Shown piece after piece: positions 48,579-58,815 of a stretch of 64,000 nt of DNA (its first letter is position 1; every line of letters begins with the position of its first letter). The position numbers were made by a program, and so were the translations under genes. Origin of the DNA: Kiritimatiellia bacterium (GTDB taxonomy: Bacteria; Verrucomicrobiota; Kiritimatiellia; JAAZAB01). The stretch covers positions 224,001 through 288,000 of the forward strand of contig JAXGPF010000006.1 of assembly GCA_040767085.1 (NCBI GenBank). Reading direction: 5' to 3'. The notes under the pieces are model-generated. The model was not told where the DNA came from, did not search any database, and worked only from the letters and a program-made list of their open reading frames with translations.

Positions 48579-48824
48579 ATCATTGTCAAACAAGCGGCCT
48601 GCGGCCACAATCTGCCGTCGCAAAAGCTATGGCAGACGCAGTCCGGCGGCCGCCGGACCGCCGTCGAAAGTGCAAGCTACAAGTGAAAGCTTGCCATGAG
48701 CGGAGTCGAATGGTGTAGTTTGATCCAGAACCAATCCGGAATCATCCGCCCCGCCCGGCTATGCCGGACTGACTGCATCCAGTCGCTACTGGACAAGCCT
48801 GCACCTGTCGCCTGCACTTGCACC

Positions 48825-48893
48825 GTGCCTTAAACTATGGAAACTGCCATTCAATTTTTCTTTTTTTATGACAGTTTCTGTAGTTTACGGCAC
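48825..48893. repeat. 26-bp imperfect inverted repeat with 17-nt loop
   Basis: GTGCCTTAAACTATGGAAACTGCCAT versus ATGACAGTTTCTGTAGTTTACGGCAC (22/26 complementary). Confidence 0.75.
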
Positions 48894-48923
48894 TTATATC
48901 CTCGCGGTGCCCGATACTCAAGG

Positions 48924-50840
48924 TCATTCCACATCCCAGGGAATATCGTAATCAATATTGCCGGCCATCTTTTCCGTGCAGGCGCCCCGCCGGAGGTTGC
49001 CCAACACGTATCGTTCCACCGCTTCCGTATCGCGGTAATGCAGCAAGCCCCGGCCCAGCATTTCGGCCTGCGCCAGCGCCAAAATCCGCCGCTCCACCTG
49101 CTCCAGGCGGCCGTATTCGGATTGCGCCGCCGCCATGTCCTTCTTCTGCAGGCAGCCGCGGATTTTCAGCCAGCCCAGGCGGTATTGCTTGCTCAGCATG
49201 GCGTAACGCAGGGTGGCCGCCGCCTGGGCAACGCGCGCGGCGTAAACCGCCCCGGCTGGTTGCGCCGCCGCGCCGGCCTGTTTCAACAAGGCTTGCAGAT
49301 GGGGCGTATCCCGGTCGAATATTTCCAGCAGCAGCTCGCTCGCATTGCTGGAATGGCGCGCGCAGGCTTTCTGCTGCAACGCGCGGTAATATGCCTGCAT
49401 CGGCTCCGCCGCCGGACCGTAAAATCGCCGGCAGTAGGCCGCCATGACGGCATCCGCCGGAAGTTCGGTGTCATAGGACGACTCGGCGGCCAGGTAAAAA
49501 TTCAATCCGTAGGTTCCGAAATCCGGCACGCCGGCCTGTGTGTAGAACCCGTCCAAGCCCAGGCTCCGGCAGAGGCGGAAATCCTCGGCGATGGTATTGT
49601 AAAAAGGGAACGGCAGGTTCATGGTGCCGTTGGTGCCCATGAAATAAGCGTGAAAATACACGCGGCCCGGAGCGATCTCGCGCCAGCGGCGCAGGATGGC
49701 CGGGTATTGGGTGTAGCGCTCCTCGAGCATTTTGTGGGGCGGCATGCTCTGATAATCCCCGGCGCGGATACCCGCCGCCAAAGGGCGGTCGTAATAGCGC
49801 TCGAACAGGGCCAGGACCGCGTCTATGTTCGGATGCAACCGGAATTGCGGGTCGTCCGGCGGCGGCAGGGTATTGGTATAAAACAGCGCGGCAAACCGCT
49901 GCCGTGGGAATCGCCGCGCCACCTTTTCCACCACGCGGTTGCAAAACGCCGCGTAAGTCAGCGACTTCACCCGGCCGGCGTAAATCCGGGGTTGCAGCGG
50001 TGAAAACCGCAGCGGCTCAAATCGTTCGCAAGCCGGGCATTCACACCAGCCGGCCGGGCCGTCATTGGCTCCCAGTCCGATAATATCCATGCCCGGGTTG
50101 GCTTCCAGGTACCGGATAATATTTTCCGCGCTGATTTCGGCGGCGGCGGGATTGGTCATGCAGATCTGGGCGCCGGCAGTTTGCGCGGGATTCACGCGCC
50201 GCCCGCCGCGCCAGGAGTATAACTCCGGCTGGGCGGCAAAATATTTTTCCGGCGGTAGCCAGTAATTGAAGGTATGCAGGCCGAACAGGAACTCCAGACC
50301 GCGTTCTTTCAAGGCGGCGATGGTGACTTCCTTTTTATGCGGCTCCACTTCGAAATGGGACAGCAGGGCGAAATTCATGCGGCGCTTGGTCAGCCAGTCA
50401 ATCACCGGCAGGTCGTCGTCCTCGGCGCGCATCCAGTCGTACCGATGCAATTGCATGCCGCGGATCAGCGTGGCCGGCTGCTTGATCACGTCCATCGCCG
50501 GGATTTCCAGCGCCGCCCGGCGGGGGACGTCGTCCACTCCCGGCGCGGCCCAGAAGCAGCCCGCATATTCCTCCAGCAGCCAGTAAACCGCATGCAAGGC
50601 CTCCAGGCGGGTATGACCGGCCAGGCTGAGGACGGCGCCATCGCAGCGGACACGGAATGCTTGCGGCGGCAGGCTGCCGTCCACCTTGATCTCAACGGTT
50701 GCCGGAGCGCCGGCGGATCGGTCAGCCGGATCAATTCCCGCGATCTGGTTGAGATAACGCGCGAATTCCCGACCGGCCAGGGCGGCTTCATCGGCACAAT
50801 TAATTCCGGCCGCCACTTGCTTGTTTTTGATCAGAAACAT
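48924..50840 (-). CDS. DUF4838 domain-containing protein
   Basis: AVYWLLEEYAGCFW..PG, HTF...LPPEKYF..QPE.Y, QICMTNP, ND...WCEC..C, YC..FYGPAAEPM..YY. Confidence 0.8.
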   Translation of the reverse strand: MFLIKNKQVAAGINCADEAALAGREFARYLNQIAGIDPADRSAGAPATVEIKVDGSLPPQAFRVRCDGAVLSLAGHTRLEALHAVYWLLEEYAGCFWAAPGVDDVPRRAALEIPAMDVIKQPATLIRGMQLHRYDWMRAEDDDLPVIDWLTKRRMNFALLSHFEVEPHKKEVTIAALKERGLEFLFGLHTFNYWLPPEKYFAAQPELYSWRGGRRVNPAQTAGAQICMTNPAAAEISAENIIRYLEANPGMDIIGLGANDGPAGWCECPACERFEPLRFSPLQPRIYAGRVKSLTYAAFCNRVVEKVARRFPRQRFAALFYTNTLPPPDDPQFRLHPNIDAVLALFERYYDRPLAAGIRAGDYQSMPPHKMLEERYTQYPAILRRWREIAPGRVYFHAYFMGTNGTMNLPFPFYNTIAEDFRLCRSLGLDGFYTQAGVPDFGTYGLNFYLAAESSYDTELPADAVMAAYCRRFYGPAAEPMQAYYRALQQKACARHSSNASELLLEIFDRDTPHLQALLKQAGAAAQPAGAVYAARVAQAAATLRYAMLSKQYRLGWLKIRGCLQKKDMAAAQSEYGRLEQVERRILALAQAEMLGRGLLHYRDTEAVERYVLGNLRRGACTEKMAGNIDYDIPWDVE

Positions 50841-50864
50841 CCCAACCCCCGGGTTTGAGCGCCA

Positions 50865-53800
50865 TTACAGGCCGCTATTTTCAAGCTTGATGATGTTAAG
50901 TCTGCCGGCGCGGTCAAACGCGACAAAACCGTTTTCGTCCGCCGGCAAGGCCGCCAGTTTGGAGCAGGCGAGCGATGCCCGTGCCGCCAGTTGCCAGTTC
51001 GCGTCATATGCCCGCAAATCCATGTCGGTGGCGACTATCAGCAGCGGCCCGGATGCGCGCGCGCAACCGATCATGTCCACCACCGGCTGGCCGAGCGCCA
51101 TCCGGCCGAGTAATTGGCCGTCGTCCCGGTTAAACGCGCTGATGAAGCCATCCTCGCCGCCCACGAGAAAATCCTTTTTGCCGTCGCCGTTCAAGTCAAC
51201 CAGCGCCCCGGCAGTGATGGGGCGGGTGTAAAGCTGGCTCCAAAGCACGATGGAGTAGATCGCGCTGCCCTTCAGGCCGGTGTCGGTCTTATAAAACCCG
51301 AAGCCGCGCGGCCCGATGACGGACAAGCGCGGCTCTTTTTCATCCGTCAACTCGGCGGCAAAACGGCCGTCGGGAATCAAACTGCGATACGAAAATGCGC
51401 TCAACTCGCCCGAAGGGGCCATCTGGAGGATGTTGACATCCCCGGGGCCGCTGTTGTTGACCTGGTGCAGCAAGAAAGCCGCGCGTCGGCCGGCGCCATT
51501 CAGGTCCGGCTGGCTTTGCAAGACCTGGCGCACATAGCGGCCATCGAGCAGGCGATTCCCTGCGACATTGCCGGTGGGATCCAATAATGAAGCGTAGCAA
51601 TATCCGCCGGCAATCACGTATTTTTTGCCCGGGGCCGGTTCCCAGAGTCCCACGCCGGTCGGCGCCGCGCCGTACGGCCAGTTTTTGCCGCCGCTTTGGG
51701 TATCCAGTCCCTGTAAATCTTTTTCCCAAATCAGCGCGCCATCCGCCGCCAGCAATATGACTTTATAATCCTCGGAAGCCGCCATGACTTCCTGCCGGCC
51801 GTCGCCGGCAACATCGCCGGCCGCGACGCAGGAGAAAGCCCCGGCCGCTGTTTTGCGCCACAACTCGCGCCCATCGCCGCCGTAGACCTTCAGCACTCCC
51901 CGGCCCATCGCATCGCGATAGGCGGCGATGATTTCCGTCCGCCCATCGCCCTCCAGGTCCGCAACCTGGACGGAATCAATGGCGGCGCCGGCGGTTTGTT
52001 CCCCGAAAAGTTCGACTTCCTTTAAATATACATACGGGGAAGAAATTTTGAATGGCAGCGTCACCCGCAAGCCGTCCGCCATAACGCCGCCCAAATTCAT
52101 GGCGACGCAGCCCAGGACGCCGGCTTTGCCCTTGTTGTTGATTTTATACACAGGTGAATATTCAAGCGCCGCCTGCAGGGCGCGCCGGTCAGCAATAAAA
52201 CCATCCACGCTGGCTGTCAGTTGCGCCGGCGGCGAGCCCGTGCCGCAGCATTGAGCGAGGCTGCCGTAAAAATACAGGATCATTTGTTGAAGCTTGCGCG
52301 GCGCCGGCAGGGTCAGTGCGAATTCCGGCCGGGTATCCGCCGGCCAGGCCAACATGCCGCGTATGACCGGTTCCTTGGTGCCATCCACGGCCAGCGCCGG
52401 TTCCCCGGCAATTCCGGCGCTCATGAAATCCAGGCCGGGAATTTTTACCTCCACCCGGCAGGCATTGCTGTTGGCGGCATGGACCTTGAAAACAAGCTTC
52501 TGTTTTGCATCCACCGCCGGCTCGTCCGGGCCGGCCGCCGCCGGCGCCGCCGGCGCGGCGGCCTGCTTCAGGATGTCCCGGCAGCGGGCAGCCAGGCCGC
52601 CGCCATCCGTTGCCAGGGGGTTGCCTGGCGGCTCTGGCGTTGGCCATTCCCAGGTCTGCGCGGCGGCCATCAATTGCGCGGGGCCCGCGCCGGCGCAAGC
52701 CGCGCCGCTGCGCAAGTCAACCGCCATGGTCCGGGCTTCCCCGCCAGCCAGAACCTGGACTCCTTGCAAATCAAGCTGCCGGCCGTTGGATACATAAAGC
52801 TTATCGGCGGTGAACGCATAAATGCAGCCGGGATCGGCGGTGATCTTCAAGGCGTTCGGATGGCCGGTCCCAAGGCCCAGCAGCATGGGGCCGGCATCGC
52901 CGCCTTTGACCAAAACCGTATGCGCATCCACGCGCACCGGCTCATAATCCGCGTTTTCGCCCCGCCCCCGGGCATATAAAAGATTCTGAAAATCGACGAC
53001 TGCCCCCGCCGGCAAACACCCGGACCGCATCTGACGCAAAAAGAACGGGCAGGCGGAACTTTCCAGTTGCGTCCATTGTTTGGTTGACGCCGCCACGGAC
53101 GACGCGCTCTTCAAATGAAACTCGCTGGCGCCGGCGCGGGAAACCAGGCAACGGTCTTCCCGCCACTCGGCGCCATGCAACAAACGCCAGGAACAAGTGA
53201 CGACATAATTGTTGGAGGCCAGGGGAATGACATGGTCCATGATTAAAAACCAGCCCCCGGGCACCCAGGCGATGGTCCTGGTCCAGTCCACCCCCATATA
53301 ATCCGGGAGGGTGGTCCGGCTGACCGACAAATCCGCAAACCGGGCCAGGTTATCCGCGCGGCAGGCGAAAACGGCATTCGTCGCGGGCCGATTGACCCCA
53401 TCGCTGACAAATATGCCATTCCGGTAAAATGTCCCCTTCTCGTCGGTGTTATGAAACAGCCAGATCTGGCCGCGGTCAACATATTGCGGAATGCAATTCG
53501 CGCCGTTGCGGCTTTGCAGGCATTGCAAAAGCAGGTATTGATCATCCCGGCCGAACCCGGACCGGAAATAAATCTTATCCATAACCGATGCCGGAGGGAG
53601 GGCGGCGGGTTTCAGTGGAAAATATTTATCATAACGCCGGGCATCCAGCGGCAGGACCGTCATACCCGCCAGATATTCGGGCCGCGCCGCCGCGGAATCG
53701 TCAACCGGCTCGAAATGGCATTCATTGTCGCGCGCCTCGCCCAGCCCCAGCACATTCGGTCCGAAATACGTTTTGCCCCTGTGGCAAACATCAAAATTGT

Positions 53801-55265
53801 TTTTCAGCCAGGCGAAGCGCGGATCGTCGTAGACATAGTTCAGCAAGTTGCACTGGTAGCGCAGGCCGTGGCTGGCATCATACATGGATTCCGGCGCGCC
53901 TTCCTGGTAATCCACCAGGCCGCAGGCAAATCCCAGCGGGTTGAAATAATTCAGGAAAAATAAAAATCCCTGGCGCGCCATGCCGGACCGGAAATAGCCA
54001 TCATGGCCGGATAATAACGACCAGCGCAGGAACATCTCCGCCGTGTCCTGGCTGCTATAGCGGTCGTCATCGCCGCGGCTGCCGGTCACGGCAAACTTGA
54101 ACGTGTCGTCCGCATAACCGCGCCATTGGCCGGCAATCTGCCGCAACTCAGGCGAATCGGGGAAATTGCGTAGAATGTAATCGGCCGCGATATAGGCGCT
54201 CATCCAGCGCGCCGTGTGGTGGCGGCCGCCGCCGGATTGCTGCGGGGCGTAAAGCTGGCAGCCCGGAGCCCGAAACGCCGTTTCCACCATCCGGCGCGAA
54301 ATCCTGTGCAATTCCGGCTCGGTGAAAACGCCGGCCTCCTCCATGATATCCCAGGAGCGGAAAAACCGCTCGAAACGGTAGTGGCTGACCGAGTATGGCC
54401 CGTCGCCGTAATGCTCGTCAATGCAGAGCATGATCTTGCGCGCGCTTTCCGCCCAGCGCCGGTCGCCGGTCCAGTGATACCGGAACGCCGCCAGGGCGAA
54501 ACCATCCACGGGCTCGCGGTGAATGTTGGCGGTGATTTGCGCATAATCCACCGTGTAACTTGCGGCTTTTTCCGCCAGACCGTCGAGGATCGGCTGCATC
54601 CTCCCGCCCGGGCTGACCAGGAGCAAATGGGGAATGGCGGCATGCCCACCCGCTATGGCCGGCAGCGTTTCCAGGAACGCCGCCACTGCCCCCGCGATTC
54701 CCGCGGGCGCCGATGCGCCGATGATGATGACGTTCTTGCCGGTGCCCCAGGGATTGGCAATGGAACGCACCACATGGCCGCCGCCGCCCGGGTAAGCGCC
54801 ATCCACCCCGCACCAAAAGCCTGCGTAGAGGGGCAGGATGGCCCGGTTATTCCAGACATTGCCTACCAGGATCAGGTTCCGGCGCTGGTATTCCGGCAAA
54901 ATCGGCGACAAGTGCCGCGGGCAGAGTGCTTCATCCGTCAGCAGGGGAATTGCGACGCCGTACCTGGCTTGCATGGCTGCCGCCAGTTCGCGCGCGGCGC
55001 GGGCGTAATCCGGCGCGGCGGCGGGATAGACAATCGCGCAATCCGCCCGGCCGTCCGCGACCAGCGCCGTATCCGGATACAGCCTGGGCGCGGGGATGGC
55101 GGGAATGTTTTCCGCCAGGCCGCCGGCCGCCGACAGGCACGCCCACAGAAGCAGCGCGCTCCAAATGTATCCGCGTTTAACTTGCCGCGGCGCGGCGCGA
55201 AACATCGGAGGCCGGCGTCTCCAAGCCGTCCAGCCGGCGCTGGTCAACACATCCTTGTAGCGCAT
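50865..55265 (-). CDS. large secreted modular protein (heparinase II/III-like region and C-terminal beta-propeller)
   Basis: 1466-aa ORF; hydrophobic signal; DK.YFRSGF..DDQYLLL, W.R.I.W..G.WFL..D, several DxxGDG FG-GAP-like repeats; start uncertain. Confidence 0.7.
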   Translation of the reverse strand: MRYKDVLTSAGWTAWRRRPPMFRAAPRQVKRGYIWSALLLWACLSAAGGLAENIPAIPAPRLYPDTALVADGRADCAIVYPAAAPDYARAARELAAAMQARYGVAIPLLTDEALCPRHLSPILPEYQRRNLILVGNVWNNRAILPLYAGFWCGVDGAYPGGGGHVVRSIANPWGTGKNVIIIGASAPAGIAGAVAAFLETLPAIAGGHAAIPHLLLVSPGGRMQPILDGLAEKAASYTVDYAQITANIHREPVDGFALAAFRYHWTGDRRWAESARKIMLCIDEHYGDGPYSVSHYRFERFFRSWDIMEEAGVFTEPELHRISRRMVETAFRAPGCQLYAPQQSGGGRHHTARWMSAYIAADYILRNFPDSPELRQIAGQWRGYADDTFKFAVTGSRGDDDRYSSQDTAEMFLRWSLLSGHDGYFRSGMARQGFLFFLNYFNPLGFACGLVDYQEGAPESMYDASHGLRYQCNLLNYVYDDPRFAWLKNNFDVCHRGKTYFGPNVLGLGEARDNECHFEPVDDSAAARPEYLAGMTVLPLDARRYDKYFPLKPAALPPASVMDKIYFRSGFGRDDQYLLLQCLQSRNGANCIPQYVDRGQIWLFHNTDEKGTFYRNGIFVSDGVNRPATNAVFACRADNLARFADLSVSRTTLPDYMGVDWTRTIAWVPGGWFLIMDHVIPLASNNYVVTCSWRLLHGAEWREDRCLVSRAGASEFHLKSASSVAASTKQWTQLESSACPFFLRQMRSGCLPAGAVVDFQNLLYARGRGENADYEPVRVDAHTVLVKGGDAGPMLLGLGTGHPNALKITADPGCIYAFTADKLYVSNGRQLDLQGVQVLAGGEARTMAVDLRSGAACAGAGPAQLMAAAQTWEWPTPEPPGNPLATDGGGLAARCRDILKQAAAPAAPAAAGPDEPAVDAKQKLVFKVHAANSNACRVEVKIPGLDFMSAGIAGEPALAVDGTKEPVIRGMLAWPADTRPEFALTLPAPRKLQQMILYFYGSLAQCCGTGSPPAQLTASVDGFIADRRALQAALEYSPVYKINNKGKAGVLGCVAMNLGGVMADGLRVTLPFKISSPYVYLKEVELFGEQTAGAAIDSVQVADLEGDGRTEIIAAYRDAMGRGVLKVYGGDGRELWRKTAAGAFSCVAAGDVAGDGRQEVMAASEDYKVILLAADGALIWEKDLQGLDTQSGGKNWPYGAAPTGVGLWEPAPGKKYVIAGGYCYASLLDPTGNVAGNRLLDGRYVRQVLQSQPDLNGAGRRAAFLLHQVNNSGPGDVNILQMAPSGELSAFSYRSLIPDGRFAAELTDEKEPRLSVIGPRGFGFYKTDTGLKGSAIYSIVLWSQLYTRPITAGALVDLNGDGKKDFLVGGEDGFISAFNRDDGQLLGRMALGQPVVDMIGCARASGPLLIVATDMDLRAYDANWQLAARASLACSKLAALPADENGFVAFDRAGRLNIIKLENSGL

Positions 55266-55298
55266 TCTGACTCCTGACTGATACTGAATACTATCATA

Positions 55299-56321
55299 CT
55301 ATCCCTCTCGGGCAATCTGGTCGCATAATGCCAGCGATTTGCATGCGTCCGCGAAATTGCAATGCGGCTCCTGGCCGCTGTGGACGCAGTTGATGAAATA
55401 ACGGTCGGCATACGCGAACCCGTTAAATGCCACAAATTCGGCGCCGTCGAGATAGGAGCGGTTGGAGGGCATTTCCCGGTCCACGTATACGGCCGGCTTT
55501 TCTCCGGGCCGGTAAATCACGGCGCGCATTTTTTTGTCGCCCAAAGCGCCCTCCGGATCCGTTTCCATGACGGCGGTAATTCCCGGGCCGTGAATCTGCC
55601 ACATCTGCAGACGTTCGCCCGCGCGCACATTCCCGCTGAACATACCCGTTACCTGGTTGTCGAAGCGGACCAGCGCGTGATAGGCCGTGGTTTGACCGTC
55701 GCCCGCCGCGCGGCCGCCGGCGGCATGGCAGGCGGCGGCTTCGCCCCCAGCCAGGAAGCGCATCAAGTCCACGGCATGGATCATCTCGGAATGCAGAGGC
55801 GCCAGCCCGCCTGATTTAAGCCCCGGGAAAGCCTTGTAATACTGGCAGACGACGTGCGACACCGGCCCCTGCCGGCGCACCACGTCCAGGCAAAACGTGA
55901 CCAACGGGTTAAAACGCCGGTTAACGCTGACCATGGTGATGCAGCCTTGCCGTTGCGCTTTGTCCGCCAGGGGCCGGGCTTCCGCCAGCGTCATGGCCAG
56001 CGGCTTTTCCACCAGCACCGCCCGGCCTTGATCCAGCATTTCGTTGACAATCTGAAAATAAATGTCCGGCCGGTAATGCCCGTGCGGGTATTGCGCCATC
56101 AGCACCAGCACTGCCCGGGGATTTTCGATCTCGAGCATTTTGCGGTAATCCGTGTACCGCCGGGCCGGAGGAATACGCGCGGCATCGCCGGCCCGCGCCA
56201 GCAGTTCCGGGTTGATATCGCAAATACTCAACTCCACATCCGGAAATTTTGACAGGCCGGGCAAGTGATAGTCCCGCCCGGCATGTCCTGTTCCTATGAC
56301 CGCCGTTTTGATTTTTTCCAT
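55299..56321 (-). CDS. Gfo/Idh/MocA family oxidoreductase
   Basis: VIGTG..G, VLVEKP, NRRFNP, IHAVDLMRFLAG. Confidence 0.9.
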   Translation of the reverse strand: MEKIKTAVIGTGHAGRDYHLPGLSKFPDVELSICDINPELLARAGDAARIPPARRYTDYRKMLEIENPRAVLVLMAQYPHGHYRPDIYFQIVNEMLDQGRAVLVEKPLAMTLAEARPLADKAQRQGCITMVSVNRRFNPLVTFCLDVVRRQGPVSHVVCQYYKAFPGLKSGGLAPLHSEMIHAVDLMRFLAGGEAAACHAAGGRAAGDGQTTAYHALVRFDNQVTGMFSGNVRAGERLQMWQIHGPGITAVMETDPEGALGDKKMRAVIYRPGEKPAVYVDREMPSNRSYLDGAEFVAFNGFAYADRYFINCVHSGQEPHCNFADACKSLALCDQIAREG

Positions 56322-56342
56322 GCTCATTCCTGGGTTAGCCAA

Positions 56343-57743
56343 TCAGTCCGGGTTGGCCGCCGCCGCGGCCAGATTGTCGCAAAATTCCGCGGCGCTTTGC
56401 ATGCCGTTAACGAACAGCATGGTTTCATCCGCCGCCACCCTTTCACGGCGATCGCCCAACAGTAATTCCGGGAAACATGCGGTCCCGGTAAGATTCTCAT
56501 GTAGTTTATAATTTCCCGGCGTTGCGGGGATGGCGGATTCCGCCAGGCCGGCGCGCGCGGGGATTGGCCCGCCTTGCGCGGCAATATAATCCTGGGCTGC
56601 CGCACTCAGACAGAAATCCAGGAAGGCCGCCGCGGCGTCGAGGTTGGTCGTCTGGCGGGCAATCGCCAGGCCGTCCGCCAGCAGCAGGCTGGCCGGCCGG
56701 CGGCAGCGGGGAAAGGGCGCCACATCCCAATCAAACTGGAGCCGCGGCCGCAGGGTTGCCATGGTATGATAGCTGATCAGGGTCATGGCCGCCTTGCCGC
56801 GCACAAACAACCGGTAAGGATCCGCCACGCCGTGCAGCGGCGCGCAGATTTTCCGCTCCACCATCTCCCGCAGGCCAAGCAGTCCGGCCAGCGCCCCCGG
56901 CGCGGCCAGGCCGAACGTGCCGCGCGCCGCGTCCCACAGCCTTCCGCCATGGCTGTAAACAAACATCATCCAACGATTGCTGAGATTGGGGCACAGAAAT
57001 CCGTATTGCGGCATGCCCGGCGCGCCGCGTACCGGTCGCGCCAGCCGCTCCGCCAACGCCTGGAAGTCCGACAGTGACCAACCGGCTTCCGGTTCCCGCG
57101 CGCCGGCCGCGCGCCACAACTCGCGGTTATAGGCCACAACCACCGGCCCGAAGGCCAGCGGCACGCCATAGCGGGTTTTATTGACGCGGAACGCCGCCCA
57201 GGGCGCGGCATGAGTCATCGCCGCGTATTTGCGCCCGAGCCCGTTCAACGACATGAAATGCGCCGGCGCGTCGAATCCCTGAAACAAGGAGGCCGAAATA
57301 CGGACGAGGTCCACCCGGCCTTCCGCCAGCATCTGCCGGACAATCTCGCAATAGCCATGGATGGGCAGCGCTACCCGCTGCAGCCGCACCGCAGGGCAGG
57401 CGCATTCGAACCGGTCCAGCAGCGCGGCGAATGAATACTTATTTTCTTCAAAATATGCCAGCGTCAGGACTTGTTGGGCGCGCTTGGCGGCAAATGTGCC
57501 ATGGCGCGGCCGGCGGAAGACCGCGCCTTCCCGGCGCAGCAAATCCATGGCGCGGCGGGCAATCGCGCGGCTCACGCCGAACCGGGCGGCCAACTGATAT
57601 TCCGTCGGCAACCGGGCGCCGGCATCGGCGCGCTGGAGATAAAGCCGCCGGATGGCGGCGCTGACCTGCTCGGCCAGGGGGGCCTTCCCGCTCCAATCCA
57701 ACGCGACGCCGGAGATGCGCAAGCCGGAATTTGATTTGGTCAT
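56343..57743 (-). CDS. GntR-family regulator fused to sugar ABC solute-binding domain
   Basis: LPTE.QLA.RFGVSR...RRA...L..EG GntR HTH, then YGVP.......YNREL...G..EP...W, F..GKAAM, FDWDVAPFP; no signal peptide. Confidence 0.85.
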   Translation of the reverse strand: MTKSNSGLRISGVALDWSGKAPLAEQVSAAIRRLYLQRADAGARLPTEYQLAARFGVSRAIARRAMDLLRREGAVFRRPRHGTFAAKRAQQVLTLAYFEENKYSFAALLDRFECACPAVRLQRVALPIHGYCEIVRQMLAEGRVDLVRISASLFQGFDAPAHFMSLNGLGRKYAAMTHAAPWAAFRVNKTRYGVPLAFGPVVVAYNRELWRAAGAREPEAGWSLSDFQALAERLARPVRGAPGMPQYGFLCPNLSNRWMMFVYSHGGRLWDAARGTFGLAAPGALAGLLGLREMVERKICAPLHGVADPYRLFVRGKAAMTLISYHTMATLRPRLQFDWDVAPFPRCRRPASLLLADGLAIARQTTNLDAAAAFLDFCLSAAAQDYIAAQGGPIPARAGLAESAIPATPGNYKLHENLTGTACFPELLLGDRRERVAADETMLFVNGMQSAAEFCDNLAAAAANPD

Positions 57744-57859
57744 TTGGCCATAAAATAAAACGGCAATAGGCTTTTGTCAAATGATTTTTTGATGAAGTTT
57801 TAAAGTTGCCTTGAAAAACAGCATTTGCTAGCGTCATTCAATTAAAGGTAAAGTAAAGC

Positions 57860-58654
57860 ATGAAACCTTCCATCTTCACGTCGTTTAACCGTAATATCCC
57901 TTTGGCCGAAGCGTTGGCGGCAATCCGGCAAGCCGGATTCGACACTGTGGCGATAGACGGGTATCCAGCGTATTCGGGATACAACACGCCGGCCGGACAA
58001 GCCGTGTTGCAGCGCCTGCTGGCCCGGCATGCCTTGCAGGCGGATTCCGTGCATGCCCCGTTTCCGGAAGCAGATAGTCTCTTTGCGCTGGATGAGGAAC
58101 GGCGCCGGGAGTCGGTCCGGCAGGCTAAGCTGGCGGTGGATACCGCGGCCTTGCTGAATGCCGGCGTGGTGGCGCTGCACCTGATTCCCTACGGCATCAC
58201 CGATGCGGAGCAGGAACGCCGCATGGTCGGCCAGGGACGCCGCAGCCTCGCCGAATTGGTGGATTATGCCGGCCCCAGGAACATCAAACTCGCGCTGGAA
58301 AACGGCCAGCAGCAGCCTTACGACCTGGTGCTGGAAGGCATGCTCGCGGAATTCGGCGACCCGGTCGGCCTGTGCTACGACACCGGCCATGCCAATGTGC
58401 GGGGCAATTGTTTCGACTTGCTGGAAAAATACGCGGTGCGCCTGCTGAATTTTCATATCCATGACAACTGCGGGAAAGACACGCATGCGCTGCCGGGCGA
58501 AGGCACGATTGACTGGGAAAAATTCCGGGCGGTATGCCGGCGCCACCGGTTCGCCCATAATTTACATATTGAAGCGCATCCTTCCAATTCGGCTTTCAAG
58601 GACACCGCGGAATTTCTGGCCGAAGCCCGGAAACGCGCGGAAAGTCTGATTTAG
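57860..58654 (+). CDS. sugar phosphate isomerase/epimerase (AP endonuclease 2 TIM barrel)
   Basis: SVHAPF, LALEN, CYDTGHAN, HIHDN.G.D.H.LPGEG.IDW. Confidence 0.88.
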   Translation: MKPSIFTSFNRNIPLAEALAAIRQAGFDTVAIDGYPAYSGYNTPAGQAVLQRLLARHALQADSVHAPFPEADSLFALDEERRRESVRQAKLAVDTAALLNAGVVALHLIPYGITDAEQERRMVGQGRRSLAELVDYAGPRNIKLALENGQQQPYDLVLEGMLAEFGDPVGLCYDTGHANVRGNCFDLLEKYAVRLLNFHIHDNCGKDTHALPGEGTIDWEKFRAVCRRHRFAHNLHIEAHPSNSAFKDTAEFLAEARKRAESLI

Positions 58655-58815
58655 AATTCTTTTGCCATGCCGGGAGCCGCCCTTGCAGTCCGCGAGCACA
58701 CGTCGTTTATAGGGCATGGTGACAGCCCGTTGGCTCTGCTGGCCTTGGATTTCCTGGCGCACCGCCGCTTGTCATAAGGCCGCGCGCCCGCATTCGCGCC
58801 CATCCAGGAAAGATT

